A stretch of 64,000 nt of DNA from Tubulanus polymorphus (lineage: Eukaryota > Animalia > Nemertea), in assembly GCF_964204645.1 (NCBI RefSeq), contig NC_134028.1, positions 13,377,263-13,441,262 of the forward strand, written 5' to 3'. The notes below the pieces were generated by a model, which worked only from the letters and a program-made list of their open reading frames with translations, did not search any database and had not been told where the DNA came from. Position 1 is the stretch's first letter; every line of letters begins with the position of its first letter. The position numbers were made by a program, and so were the translations under genes. Shown here in pieces: positions 1-12,684 of the stretch.

Positions 1-72
1 ATAAAAAAAAACTGGCTCAAATAAATCAAATTTTTTGGTAAATTTCTCAAAAAATATGAAACCCAGGGCTTT

Positions 73-1785
73 CAACTTTGCGCACCATAAAGAAAAACAG
101 ATTACGAAATATATTTTTGCTTAATCCGTTCAATTCGCCCATTAGTAGTGAAATTACAAGCTAATGAACTTGCTTATGAGTGTGCTAAAAATAGCTTCGA
201 GTATAGTGTATTAGCATACGAATGATTATCGATCGGCCAGACCGTTGACATGGCTCGCCAACACATGCTAAAAATGAAGAGTTAGCTATGAAGCGTCTGA
301 TCACGTTGAAAACAAAGCTCACGAGCAATAGCAAATTCTATGAACAGTGTAAATCGTTCATCAATGAAACCTTACGTGCCGGGTATGCAAGAATCGTGCC
401 AGATACGCAAGAGAGTGGTGGCCCTCATGTGTGGTATCTACCACATCATGCTGTTTTTCTACCTCAAAAACCAGTTAAGATTCGATTTGTATTCGATGCA
501 TCGGCTAAATACATGGCAATGTCTCTAAACTACATGCTACTTTAAGGGCGGGTATGACTAACTGTTTACTTGGCATTCTTGTTTAAAAAAGAAATTCAAT
601 TTGTTTTCCGTTTGCAACTTTGCGCACCATAAAGAAAAACCAATGACAAAATATATTTTTGCTCAATCCGTTCAATTCGCCGATTAGTAGTGAAATTACA
701 AGCTAATGGACTTGCGTTTGAGTGTGCTAAAAATAGCTTCGAGCATAGTGTATTAGCATACGAATGATTATCTATCGGCCAGACCGTTGACATAGGCTCG
801 CCAACACAAGCCGAAAATGAAGAGTTAGCTATGAAGCGTGTGATCATGTTGAAAACAAAGCTCACGAGGAATAGCAAATTCTATGAACAGTGTAAATCGT
901 TCATCAATGAAACCTTACGTGCCGCATATGCAGGAATCGTGCCAGATACCCAAGAGAGTGGTGGCCCTCGTGTGTGGTATCTACCACATCATGCTGTTTT
1001 TTACCCTCAAAAAACCAGTTAAGATTCGATTTGTTTTCAATGCATCGGCTAAATACATGGCAATGTCTCTAAACGACGTGCTAATTTAACCCTTTGGAAC
1101 CGGCTCTCGCATGCGAGAGAACGAAATGACGCTGAATGGACTGATCTCGCAAATTGGAGAGAGGTCGACGTTTCGCCTTGTATCGGCTATAGCACAATGA
1201 AGTTTTAAATTTAGTAACGAAAAGCAGTATGCGCCTTGGGAACTCTCCAATGAAGTCATTTTGGTACAATAACTCATAGCGTACAATTAAAAATTCTTGA
1301 GAAATTTGCATTGAATCGGCAGGTGGCGGTTTCGTAGATTTGACATCCAGGAAACAGACGTGTGTCTTTCGCATTGTTTATTTTGCTAAACACGCCTCGG
1401 AAATTTCTGACAGATGAAGAAATCCTTGAACTGATTGCCGGCGAATGCTCAGAAGATGAGTATGTCGGATACGGGCCAGATTCTGATGATGATTACATAG
1501 AATCAGATAAAAGATTTTGATTACTAAATGCTATATATCAAAAGAAACCTTGAAAAGAGTACTACAAACCTACAATTTACAGTGAAGCTCTAACTCTACT
1601 GGGTTATGAGTTACAAGGCTTGGTAAATAGGTACTTCCTTTGTTTTACCCAAAATTAATTCAGTCCTGCTCAGTGCATTGTTGTGATTGTTGTAAAATAA
1701 TCCAGGTTCCAAAGGGTTAAGGGCGGGTAACAGTTTACTTGGCATTCTTGTTTAAAAAAGAAATTTTATTTGTTTTCCATTTGCA
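73..1785 (+). pseudogene. Tandemly duplicated (~543-bp unit) fragment of BEL/Pao LTR-retrotransposon pol (start of RT region)
   Basis: ORFs 288-545 and 831-1089 read VWYLPHHAVF.P.KP.KIRFVF(D/N)ASAKY..SLN, typical of BEL/Pao. The unit starting caactttgcgcacc recurs at 73 and 615; the second copy resumes at 1721 after a piggyBac insertion. Confidence 0.8.
1090..1716. mobile_element. Non-autonomous piggyBac element
   Basis: TTAA at 1086-1089 and 1717-1720; TIRs CCCTTTGGAACC/GGTTCCAAAGGG. The empty site (tttaagggcggg) is visible in the duplicate at ~541. Internal relic RKFLTDEEILELIAGECSEDE resembles a piggyBac transposase N-terminus. Confidence 0.88.
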
Positions 1786-1968
1786 TAGCGCACGTGGTAA
1801 TATTATTGTTTATATCTGACGTCATCAATAAAATGAGGCGCGCAGCTGAGCCTGCCTGTCAATCAACATAATTGGTTTACACTAAAAATGGGCTAATTTG
1901 AAAAACTATGTAGTGTATCAATCTGGAATTTTCGTTACAACATCCGAAGTTAAATTACCTTTCTTACG

Positions 1969-2246
1969 CCCTTTCAGTGCGCCTACACCGCAGTGCGGTG
2001 TATAAATCAGTGATACATTTTGCTAGTACACTGCACCGCGGTGTATTTATGTAATTAGTAATTATCTCTCTTGAAAAATGGCAGCACCTGTCAAACATGA
2101 AATATTAGTAACTAACAATACATCACGCCGCAGTGTAAATGCACTATAGTGGTATTTCGATTATTCAACACACTAGGGCGGAATTTTAAGAAATTTTCAA
2201 ACTATCTCCAGCGCAATAGGGTATTAATTAGTCAGCACTGAAAGGG
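1969..2246. mobile_element. piggyBac-type MITE
   Basis: TIRs CCCTTTCAGTGC/GCACTGAAAGGG; TTAA on the right, left TSD degenerate; internal palindromes such as tacaccgcagtgcggtgta. Confidence 0.65.
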
Positions 2247-3772
2247 TTAAAGGTTTAGTTGGTGTAAATTGGATCACAAATATTCCTAATATTTTGTTCA
2301 TAACTTTTGAAGTGGAGGCCGGTGTCGGCATCGTGTGTTTGTGTGTACGGGCACTGGCGCTTACAACAGTCGCAGCATGGATGGTGTACTCATGCTAAAT
2401 CGGCATTCAATACGTATGATTTAAAAAAATGATATCATTCAGAGTATTTAAATCTAGTTATCATGATAATTATAATATTCTTAAGATAAACGAATTTCTG
2501 TGGACCTAGTTCAAAGAGGTGTATCACTCAATCTGGAAAAGAAATCTTCCCATCCTGTCACGTGACTTCATGACTTGACGATAGCTTAGGTTCTCATTCT
2601 TCGAACCAAAAACGCTTTTTCAAGTTGGTGTACCTGTATTAGATCGTGACAGCCTCCGATTCATTTGATGGAAAAATGGTGATATTAATGATGAGATTGG
2701 TTGTTTAAGGGCCGAGGAGCAGTATAAAAGCCCAATCAATGTCAAAGATGGCAGTACCCATGAAGCCATAGTGCAGTGGAGAGCTCCAATGGTTGAATTC
2801 CCCTATTTTCTCTGTCAGTTATCCGATTTGGATCCTCCTTTTTGTCAGACATATGTATTAAAGTGTTATATATTCATTTCTGCAGTCAAAAATGTATTTT
2901 AGGCCCTCCTCTACGAGAAATAAAGCTTTTTAGTTGTCTTTTCCTTCAAAATTTGAATCTTTGAATGACATAGAGGGAGGAGTTATCCAGTGAATTGGTG
3001 TAGCTCACAGAGCACAGTAACAGTAATATGATACCTATAGTCATCAGTATACATAAACAAAACATAGCCTCATTCATAGTACCAAAATTTGGCAACATCA
3101 AAACTTTTTTTATGGTCAATGGATCAGTCCGAAATTTCGTACACTTGTTTAGCTATCTACCATCAACGTTGTGTCCAAATTTCATCAAAATCGGATAAAA
3201 ACTAATGATTTTCAAAAAATTTGATATGTCTCTAAAATCTTTAATCTTGGCCCTATCTCAACAAAAAATTATCACTAGCATCAGATTTTCATTCCCACTG
3301 TGACTAGATTAGTTAAAATAAGTTTAGAACTTGATATGAAAACTTTCATGAATGTGTCAAATTTAACTGTGTGTGACCTGCAGTTAATGTGTGAGCCATC
3401 CTCGCTCACTCTTAACATTATAAACAAGATACTGAAGTTAGTGGGACGGCCAATCTCAAGTGTTTGCCACCCGGTTAACTAGTATCCATACTCCTTTAAG
3501 TATGAAGGTACAATAATTTAGTTCACCAACATGCACAAATTTACCTTAGCTCTCGAAAATGCAGTTGACTTCAGTAAAGAAGTAGGCTAGTCGATTCAGT
3601 TGCAAAAAACGTCGTAGTCAGTCAGCATTGCTAGCGAGCGATGTAATCAGATTATGCTGTGGTCATGAATAATGCAAGTGTTATTTATCCATTAGCTTGT
3701 ACTAAACAAAGATGTTAAGACATAAGACTTAAATCGTGATTTATTACCCAATGGCCGAGTTCTGGGTATTAA

Positions 3773-4216
3773 CCCATTAGCACTCAGGAATTGTACTATG
3801 AAGTGTCAATCACTCCTCAGAAAATTCAAGGTCAAATCCAAGTTCGTTACGATACCGAATAGCTCATTTGCTGTTTCTTTCCATGCATTAGGCCTACAAG
3901 TTCGTGTTATTTTGCAGTAAATAGTCAAGGCTTTCATATAGTAATGTAAGAATTGATGAGGTGGGTCACCAAAATTGTGTCCTTTTGGCCCACCAAAATT
4001 CAACCAACTTACTTGGATTTGAAGTGAGCGCTGAGATGTGTCATTTTCAAACTCGAAATACTCGACAAATTTAAATAGGAGGATGTTGATTTCTGTTTGG
4101 TATTTCGAGGACTTAAGTGTGTAGTTAATCATAAGCTATTGGGTCAGAATCCCACTATAACGTGCAACATACGAAAGAACACCGGGGTGGATACAGGCGG
4201 CTTGAGTGCTAATGGG
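3773..4216. mobile_element. piggyBac-type MITE
   Basis: TIRs CCCATTAGCACTCA/TGAGTGCTAATGGG, flanked by TTAA and TTAT. Confidence 0.7.
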
Positions 4217-4259
4217 TTATCTGGTCAATGTCATATGACATATTCTGTTTTCGTGTCAA

Positions 4260-5900
4260 TGTAAAAGATCATCCAGTAAGCAGAAATGGCGTGTTAGCAA
4301 CAGTGAGTAGAGTTTACGACCCAATGGGTTTCATTTCACCGATAATACTGCCCGCAAAGATTCTGTTGCAGTAACTCAGTGAACATAAAGCAGAGTGGGA
4401 CGAACATGTTTCAGATTCTGAATCGAGAACATTGTGTAAGAGTTTAAACGATCTGCAGAGCCAGGAAGTTCTCAAAGTGATGTGTAGTCTACTACCTACG
4501 GAGTTTGAAAGCGTCGCATTGTGCTTTTTGGATTTGAGACGCCAGTGAACGGATGATTAGAATTGAGGACATTGATGGGAGAATCAACGGCTTATCGTTA
4601 CATGGATAGTCAAGGGTTGCCCCATTAAAACATCTCTTGATGCCTACCTGAAACTCGCAGCCGCAGCTATGTCAGTGCGCTTATGTAACATGGTGCTGAA
4701 AGAGATTGATCTGAAGATCGATAACATAAATTATTGGACTGATAGCTCCATAGTGCTGTGTTAAATCATACAGACCTGATTCGAGAAAAGACCTACATAG
4801 CTAATCGAGTGGCTTGTATTCAACGTGGTTCAGACTAAGTCAGTGGCACCATTTGAGTACAAGAGATAATCCCGCAGACAATAAATCACGCTTAGATCGC
4901 TGGTTGAATTGCCCAGCACTACTTAACAAACCTAAGCCAGATTGGCCACACTCTTGCATAAATCAGCCATCAGAAGTGTGCTCTGAAGACCCCGAAGTTA
5001 AAAGCCAAAACATAGTCAGGCTAGTTCAATTCAAGCGGAAACACCTAGTCACCCAGTGGACGTAGATCGTTATTCTTCGTGGCTGCAGATCAAACAAATA
5101 ACATCGTGCGTAAAACCAGGCACAGATAAGTTTAAACGTCAGAACCTGGGAGACTTTGATCTCACCAGAGGATTTATCAGCCACTGAAGAGATGATATGT
5201 ACACGGATATGTAAAGGTGAAACATTTCTGATGTAGGCACGTGTTTAGAAAATCGTCAGAAACTCAAGAAAACGTGTTCTTTGGAAAAGCTGGACCCATT
5301 CTGGTTCATGTTGGTGGTCGACTATCTACCAAAATTTTTCGTTGTGGTTTGTATCTTGAGGTAGCATATTCACTGAATACGGATTCTTTTATCAATGTTA
5401 CTCACCGATTAATTGCATGTCATGGATGTATCAAATCGATTTGTTGCAATAATGGGAGCAATTTTGTGGGCGCAGATCGTGAGTTGAAGGAAAGCATTGT
5501 TGAGTGGAATACTAAATACATTCAGGATTTCCCATTCAGAATGTTGATTGGCATTTTAGCCCTCCCTCAGGTTTGCATTTTGCTGGCATCTGGGAAAGAC
5601 TGATAGGTCACAGAACAAATGGCCCGATTAGATGACGAGTTATTCCACACCCTACTATGCGAAGGAGAATCGATTTTTAACAATCGCTCGAAAACCAGAT
5701 TAGCGTCAGATAAGCCTACTATGCTAAGTAGAATCGATTCCTAACAATCGTCTGATAACCAGAGTATCATTAGATCCCAACAATTTAGGAGTTCTTACGC
5801 CGAATCATGTTCTGTTATCGGGTCAATAGGCCTCCATGCCATCGGGCATTTTCGGGAAGACTGACCAGTATTTTAAACAATACTGGCGCCAAATCCAATG
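4260..5900 (+). pseudogene. Degenerate BEL/Pao pol (RNase H/integrase region)
   Basis: Broken-frame motifs SRVYDPMGFISPIILPAKILLQ, SRVAPLK, YWTDSSIVL, W.HLSTRDNPAD, LEVAYSLNTDSFI, NNGSNFVGA, LTPNHVL. Confidence 0.8.
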
Positions 5901-5977
5901 TGCAGTTCAGCTAAATAGAAATGTAGATATGAATTATTCAAGTCTGATTTGGTTGAATTTATTTTCTAAAATTTCAG

Positions 5978-7620
5978 ATATCTCAGATACATTCGATCTG
6001 CTCAGGTGGGCGATGTAGTTTTTGTCACATCCTGTGTTTGGGCTGAGGTGAAAAAGACAGTCGGTTACAAGGTCGATCTAGCAATAGACAAGTTAGGAGT
6101 CATTATAGAATCTCAGTGTGACTGCGCAGTGGGCCAGGGACCATCCGCCCATTGCAAACACGTGGGCTCTACTCTGTATGGACTGACCCAATTTTGTCTG
6201 AATAAATTCATTTTAACAGAGCTGACTTGCACGCAGGTAATGAGCATTTGAGCGTAATGTTGATTCAATTATAACAAACTTTTTAGTTTATGTTGATAAT
6301 AATTTATTACCTGAGGATGTATAGAAAAGGATAGTAATATTTGGTTAAAATCAAAGCCATCATTAAGATTAATTTAGTGTTTTTTTTGTTTATTCAAAGT
6401 TTCATTGAGTTAAATTGTGTGTGTAACATTTATTCCTGTCCAGGTTTTGCAAAAATTCCACCGGGCTAAGCCACATAATGGGAGTCCTGTAAAAACCAGG
6501 GAATTTTACCAGGTCCGTGGCAAAGAAAATTGTCCACTATACGACCCTCAACCTGTCAACAGGCGGAATCCAGAAGTCAATCAACTGAGGATGCAGCAAT
6601 TAGTTTTGAATCATCAGCTTAATATAAATTGACAAAAATTACTTTTATGTAAAGAAATTTTGAACCTTGACTGACAATCATGTGATTTTGAAGTTTTATT
6701 ATTTTTAAAATATGCAAAAAGATGAAGTTTTATTATTTTTAAAATATGCAAAAAGATGAATTTTCTATTTCTATCTTTTCAGACGAAGTCAAGGTTGCCA
6801 GTGCTGCATTATTACGAACCAGCTAACATCAGAGGGATCGCCCATGACCATGACTACATGGCCCTCTCATACGAAGACCACTATCTCGAAAAAGCCAAGG
6901 TAACTGCTGTTTATTTGTGGGTGACATGTAATATTATAAGTAGGTTCTCTTCTTACACATTGAATCTCCTTTCAGATAAGAAACATACGTGATTCTGATA
7001 TAGCGGAAATTCAGAAAAAGACACTTGGTCAAAGTTCTAGTGGTGCTTGGCGACAGGAGCGCTGCATGAGACTCGCAGCATCAAATTTTGGTGAAATATG
7101 TCGTATGATAGACAAGAAAAATGTTCCAAATTTGTTATTACGGTTAACATCAAATTCAAATCTAAAATGTGATGCAATAAGCCATTGAGTAAAATATGAA
7201 GGTAAAGCTGTGGAACAGTTTGAGAAGCTGACTCAACAGTGAAGTGTGGTCTCTTTGTTTCAAAGGACAGACCAATGTTGGCAGCTTCCCCTGATAGACT
7301 GATACCTTCTTTGGACAGTATTTTGGAAATCAAATGCCCATTTGCAGCGAAAAACCACGAAATTTCTTCTGTGACTGTACCATATTTAGTTAAAGTTGAC
7401 GATGGAAGGTTGACTCTAAAGCCTGACCATCCTTACTATTATCAGGTTCAGGGTCAAGTACCGGGAAAAGGAATTGCTCATTTGTTGTTTATACATTCAA
7501 GGGACTAGAAATTATGCAGATACCGTATGATGAAGATTTTGTAGACACCATGCTCCAACAACTATTTCAGGAAGTATATTATTCAAAAATATCTGTACAA
7601 AAATGTTGAGAAATATAACT
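5978..7620 (+). pseudogene. Spliced SWIM zinc finger + YqaJ-like exonuclease gene of an ISL2EU-like (PIF/Harbinger-related) transposon
   Basis: AG/GT-bounded exons at 5978-6236, 6444-~6600, 6783-6899 and 6976 onward. SWIM motif CDC..CKH; YqaJ motifs GLFVS..PMLAASPD, LEIKCP, HPYYYQVQGQ. The last exon has stops and frameshifts. Confidence 0.8.
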
Positions 7621-7638
7621 TTTGGTAACTTGATTTTA

Positions 7639-7817
7639 CAGTCGTCTCGTACTTGGGTCAACTCGTACCTGGTCAACTTGTACCCTATCTTTGGTCAACA
7701 AATTCAATCTTTTGATCAGTTCAAATGCACCAATATCTCGGGCACAATTAGAGTATTTTGACCAAAGATAGGGTATGAGTTGTCCAGGAATGAGTTGACC
7801 CAGATACGAGATGACTG
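7639..7817. mobile_element. Tc1/mariner-type palindromic MITE
   Basis: TA on both sides; ends CAGTCGTCTCGTA/TACGAGATGACTG; ~60-bp imperfect inverted arms with GGTCAACTCGTACC subrepeats. Confidence 0.75.
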
Positions 7818-7929
7818 TACTTTGTTTAGAATAGAATGACCGTTCTTCTTATGCATTTACTGGAATGATACATGGTCTGAAGTTACATAAATATAAAACC
7901 CTTATCATGGCATCAGCTAAATCTGTCTC

Positions 7930-8635
7930 TGTAGTACTTAATGGTGTCCTGAGAATCCTATAAGTCTTGACTAACACAATAATACGTTCAACATGAACCA
8001 GCTTGCTTGCAATTTTCTTTCGTCACACTTTTACCTGACATTCTACTTTTCCTTTTAAAAAATTCTGGTATGTTGATTTGAACATTGGAAGAAATAAACA
8101 AGTCCTGTACATTAAATCCTTTGTCCGCCTTCATCGCATATTTGACAAAGGTGTTCCCGTTCACAAATTTGTCGGTCACTGACAGCACCACCATAAGCAC
8201 TTGACACGTACGACACACAGCCACCTGGTGTAACACCAACGAGAACTTTAGCTGTGTTGCGATTTTTGTAGGTTGAGTATGTGGCTTGTTGCGCTAGTGG
8301 TTGATAGGGCTTTTTTCTCGGCATTTCTGCTCCATCAATTATAACACGTGTAGTGGGAAATTTTGTCTTAAAATCCGAAGGTGAAAAAAAAGCGCACCAA
8401 ATCACGCGAAGGCCACGAGTCAATATCGCAAAAATGACAATACAGAAAGTTTATCCACGTAATGAAAATATTTGATACCTCTTTTTCGCTTATTTCGAAC
8501 AACACAGACAAGTCGTAATTATTTTGAGCTAAACGCAGCTTAACAAGTGTCAGAAATAATTGATCGATGGGAGCCATTCTTGGTTTTACCCCATAGTAGT
8601 AGTGAAGATCATCAACAGCATCCCCTAAGATATTA
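7930..8635 (-). pseudogene. ISL2EU/Harbinger-type transposase (HTH_Tnp_4 + DDE_Tnp_4), frameshifted and 5'-truncated
   Basis: DQLFLTLVKLR...DLSVLFEIS; TRVIIDGAE; TYSTYKNRNTAKVLVGVTPGG..SYVSSAYGG..SD; ADKGF; VHVERII. Convergent with the YqaJ gene. Confidence 0.85.
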
Positions 8636-8963
8636 AATAGTTACTGTATCAATATTTGTACTTAGATATTTCTTATGAATTGTTTATTCTGTTAACTTCT
8701 TAAATTTATAATCTACTGATCTTACATTTGTAGTATCTTTAATTCTATTTAAGAATTCACTGTGTACTTGTTTACTCTCCATTTTAATAACATATTTTCT
8801 ATTAAAATTGATTTTAGAATTTATTAGATGAATATTTTAAGAGTAATAGGGAATATGTTGTTTCAGGTTAAAGGTTGAAGGGTCGAAAAATAAATTTGAG
8901 TGTGCGAGAATTAATTTTGCGACCCTTCGACCTTTGGCCTGAAACAACATATTCCCTATTACT
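8636..8963 (-). mobile_element. Polinton terminal fragment: 122-bp terminal hairpin (8842-8963) joined directly to the 5' part of the MESKQ gene (8636-8782)
   Basis: Terminus AGTAATAGGG as at 23262 and 51291. The minus strand translates MESKQVHSEFLNRIKDTTNVRSVDYKFKKLTE*TIHKKYL, matching ORFs 27677 and 55620. Confidence 0.88.
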
Positions 8964-9696
8964 CATTGATATCAGACGAGATATTTCATAGCCGTCGCAG
9001 GATTCTTACTCACAGTCGGATGCGATAGCCGACGGTTTATTTTGAACGAGTATTTTGAAAGCCCTGTAAATTACACAGTACACACCGTGATTGATTGGAT
9101 AAATTGAATTGAAACACATCGCGCGAGTAAACGCACAATTTATGATAGTTTTACGGTCTATGACAGTGTACTTTTACTTCTTCATCCTGAAAACTAGGCA
9201 CTATATCATCAGCACTCTACGATATAAATAATTACTTACTGCGTAAAATAAATGCTAAATCGAAAGAAAATCTGACAGTCTAATGTCATTCAGCGCGGCA
9301 CCGGATATGGGCCAATTCGATTGTGCGCGCCACGACGATGTAGGGGATCGATTGAATCTCCGGTTTTTTCATAATACAATAGGGAGACGGAAACAATACG
9401 ACGACTATCAAATTTAAAATAAACATAGGCCTATAATAAGACTGACCAATGACTGGGAAATGAGAAAGTAAATCCTAAGAAATGGCAGACCAATATTCGA
9501 GCAGATTAATAGACCGGTTTGTCTGCGTCGTATTATCGAATATGGCCTTACATCTGACAGCGGGAGATCAGCTAACTGCAGGGAGCATTTATTTTACATC
9601 AATTTAACAATGTACAACGGCCTTCTGGACGTTTTACGAAACAAAATGCTCCTTGGAATTTTTTTTTTAAATCGCCACAAATTCGTCGATTTCTAT

Positions 9697-11271
9697 AACT
9701 AGGGGTCCAGGGACACCATGCCCACTCGGGAAGGGGTTTCAAATGCTCACCAATCTAACAATTTCAATATTCAATGCCCCCTATTGACCATATACAAAAA
9801 CCAATGACCTCGAAACTCACCACAATCATAGAATATGTCAGCAGCTACGATTTTTTAATTGATTGTGATAACAAAATGTGCCTCGTTACCAATTTAATAC
9901 GGAAATACTAAGTTATTCTACTATTCAACACCCCCTGGTGACCACATACAAAACCCAATGACCTTGAACCTTACCAATTTAATACGGAAATACTAAGTTA
10001 TTCTACTATTCAACACCCCCTGGTGACCACATACAAAACCCAATGACCTTGAACCTCACCACAATCATAGAACATGTCATGAACTACAACTTTGCAATTG
10101 ATCATGGTAACGAAATATACCTAGGTACCAATCTAGTGAGAAAATACCAAGTTCTTCTACTATTCAACGCCCCCAACTTTGCAATTGATTGTGGTAACAA
10201 AATATGTGTAGGTACAAATATAATAGAAATACTAAGTTATTATATTATTCAACGCCCCCTGGTGACCATATGCAAAACCCAATGACCTTGAAACTCACCA
10301 CAATCATAGAACATGTCATGAACTACAACTTTGCAATTGATCATGGTAACAAAATATCCCTAGGTACCAATCTAATAAGGATATACCAAGTTCTTCTACT
10401 ATTCAACGCCCCCTGGTGACCATATAGAATAACTTATGTCCTCGAAACTCACCACAATCATAGACAATGTCATGAGCTACAACTTTGTAATTGATTGTGG
10501 TAACAAAATATGCAAAGGAACAAATATAATATAGAAATACTAAGTTTTTGTATTATTCAATGCCCCCTGGTGGCCATATACAAAAACCAATGACCTTGAA
10601 ACTCACCAAAATCATAGAAAACAATATGAGCTACAACTTTCCAATACATTGTGGTAAGACAATATGCTTAGGTATCAATGTAATGTCGAAAAACTTTTTC
10701 CCACCTACTAATGAGTACTGATGACGCCAAGATGGCTGCCAATTGCGCCATAATTGGCTGATCAAAAATACCTGTCTCAGGTATAAAACATCCCTTTCCA
10801 AAGAATACCCATAACAAATTGCAATGAGAAATGGCAAACCAGTAGGAAGCTACAAGACTCAGAATTTGGGCGAAAATTGACATTTTTGGGCACTAAAAAG
10901 GTCATAGGACGGCCATCTTGAGTCCGATCGACCCAATTTTTCTAACGTTGATGGGCCCTTGGGAGGTACAAATATACACAAACAATCAAGGTTATTGATG
11001 AGAGTTTCTTCAAAATTTCCGTCGAAAACTTTGAAAATGTGTAAAAAGTGCTGATATTGGCGAACAACAATGGCTGCCAGTCGGCCATCTTGAATCTGAT
11101 AGGGCCAGTTTTTGGCCTGAAGATGTGTCTAGGGTAGATACATGTATAAACCAAATATCAAGACATTACCTTGAAGCGTCTTCAAAACTTCCCAAAATAA
11201 CTGGATTCCGTCGACGGACGAAAAGTGAACACAATAGCCCGCTGGGACTTAAGTCCCAAGTGGGCTAAAAA
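9697..11271. mobile_element. Helentron-associated non-autonomous element (HINE/DINE-1-like) with internal tandem array
   Basis: Starts AACTAG; subterminal inverted repeat GCCCACTCGGGA (9720) / TCCCAAGTGGGC (~11254); GACG microsatellite remnant; palindrome agcccgctgggacttaagtcccaagtgggct followed by an A-run. Confidence 0.65.
9765..10680. repeat. Tandem array of ~155-bp units (about 6 copies, some deleted)
   Basis: Recurrent ttcaacgccccctggtgaccata...atgaccttgaaactcaccacaatcataga...ctacaactttgcaattga. Confidence 0.9.
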
Positions 11272-11424
11272 TTCACCATATATGAACTCAACCTTTTATG
11301 TTTCATATTTAAGCGACTGTGAAAATTCCAGACGCGTACGTGGCGTTAAACGGACGTAATCATTTGACGTGCCGGATTTCACGATAACAATAGGATCATG
11401 TGTACTACGTAGCGTCGTCCTAAA

Positions 11425-12652
11425 AATGTCGTGAGCTACAATTTAGCAATTGATTATGGTAACAAAATATGCCTAGGTACCAATATATGCCTAACCAGAA
11501 AGAAACTTTCCATGATGGGTTTCTGTGTAATTGTTTCTGTTTCATTCACCGAACTCGCTGTCAAAAAGGCGATTCTCGATATAAATAGTAATGGGTTTTC
11601 CCCGCGGGATACCCGCTTTGGGAAAGGCACCTGAATCGATGCTACGAGTTCCAATCCCAATATTTAGACGTAATTTATTATTCTTTGAAATAAATTCTTA
11701 GAATTTCTATTTATGATAGGATGTGCAGGTTTTGATTTGGTAATGATGTTAATAAAAGTTAAACTCTTAAGGTATTGTTTTCTATCTATTATTTGTGACG
11801 GATTAGTTTCGATGCTCCTCACAACCCGCCCCACCACGTGTCACTTATTCACGGACACGCGGATTGTATCATTTGTAATAGGCCTACCACATGAAAGAGT
11901 CCATGGCCTACCGTAGAATAGTGGGGCCTACCGATCACGCTATGTGCGATGAAAGTAGTGTTTGAATAAAACAAATTTTTAATGAAATAAACATTATTTA
12001 TCATAATTAATCAATAGATCAGGTGCCACCTAAATAATTGTTTGTTTCGTGAAATTTGTACAAAACTTTGCGACTTCGTCATGTCTTGTGACCCTGAAAA
12101 TACTAGAAGAATCATCGGTAAGCTTATAAAACGGCGAGGTCAACATAGTAACAACAACTTCGGGGATTGAAAAAAAAAAACTCGAAAGAATTATTTCTTA
12201 TACTGATGAGTTATACTGATGGGGAGTAGCGACCGTCATTGAACCGGTTATTTATCCATTCACTATCAAATGTGACGAGCCCAATAAATGATTGCGCATA
12301 GATTCGGCCTCTCAGCATTTAGCACAGCAGTTCCGAGAAGTGTTAAGACCGATCAGCGCGCGCGCTATCTAAAACCGGTGCTAGTACGATCAATATCTAC
12401 AGGTATATACGTGTTCAGTATTACACAGCGAGTACCAGTATGTTGATCGAGCGTCGTCGTAGCAACGCGCTATACAGCGGCTTGAACTAGCGAGTAACGT
12501 TTATTATCTTTTAACCAAATTAGAGCACTTATAACCATCGGAATCAAATATAAACCAAGCTGCACCATCTACATCAAGTAGAGAATACCTGTGTGAAATT
12601 ACAGAATTGTCGGTCCACACAAACAGCTTAAATCGTGTCATAAAGAAACATC

Positions 12653-12684
<32 letters not shown>

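Noticed and set aside
9765-10680. Possible CRISPR-like array, or ORFs 10043/10204 as genes
   Set aside because: Whole units repeat with no unique spacers, there are no cas genes, and the context is eukaryotic; the ORFs are by-products of the repeat.
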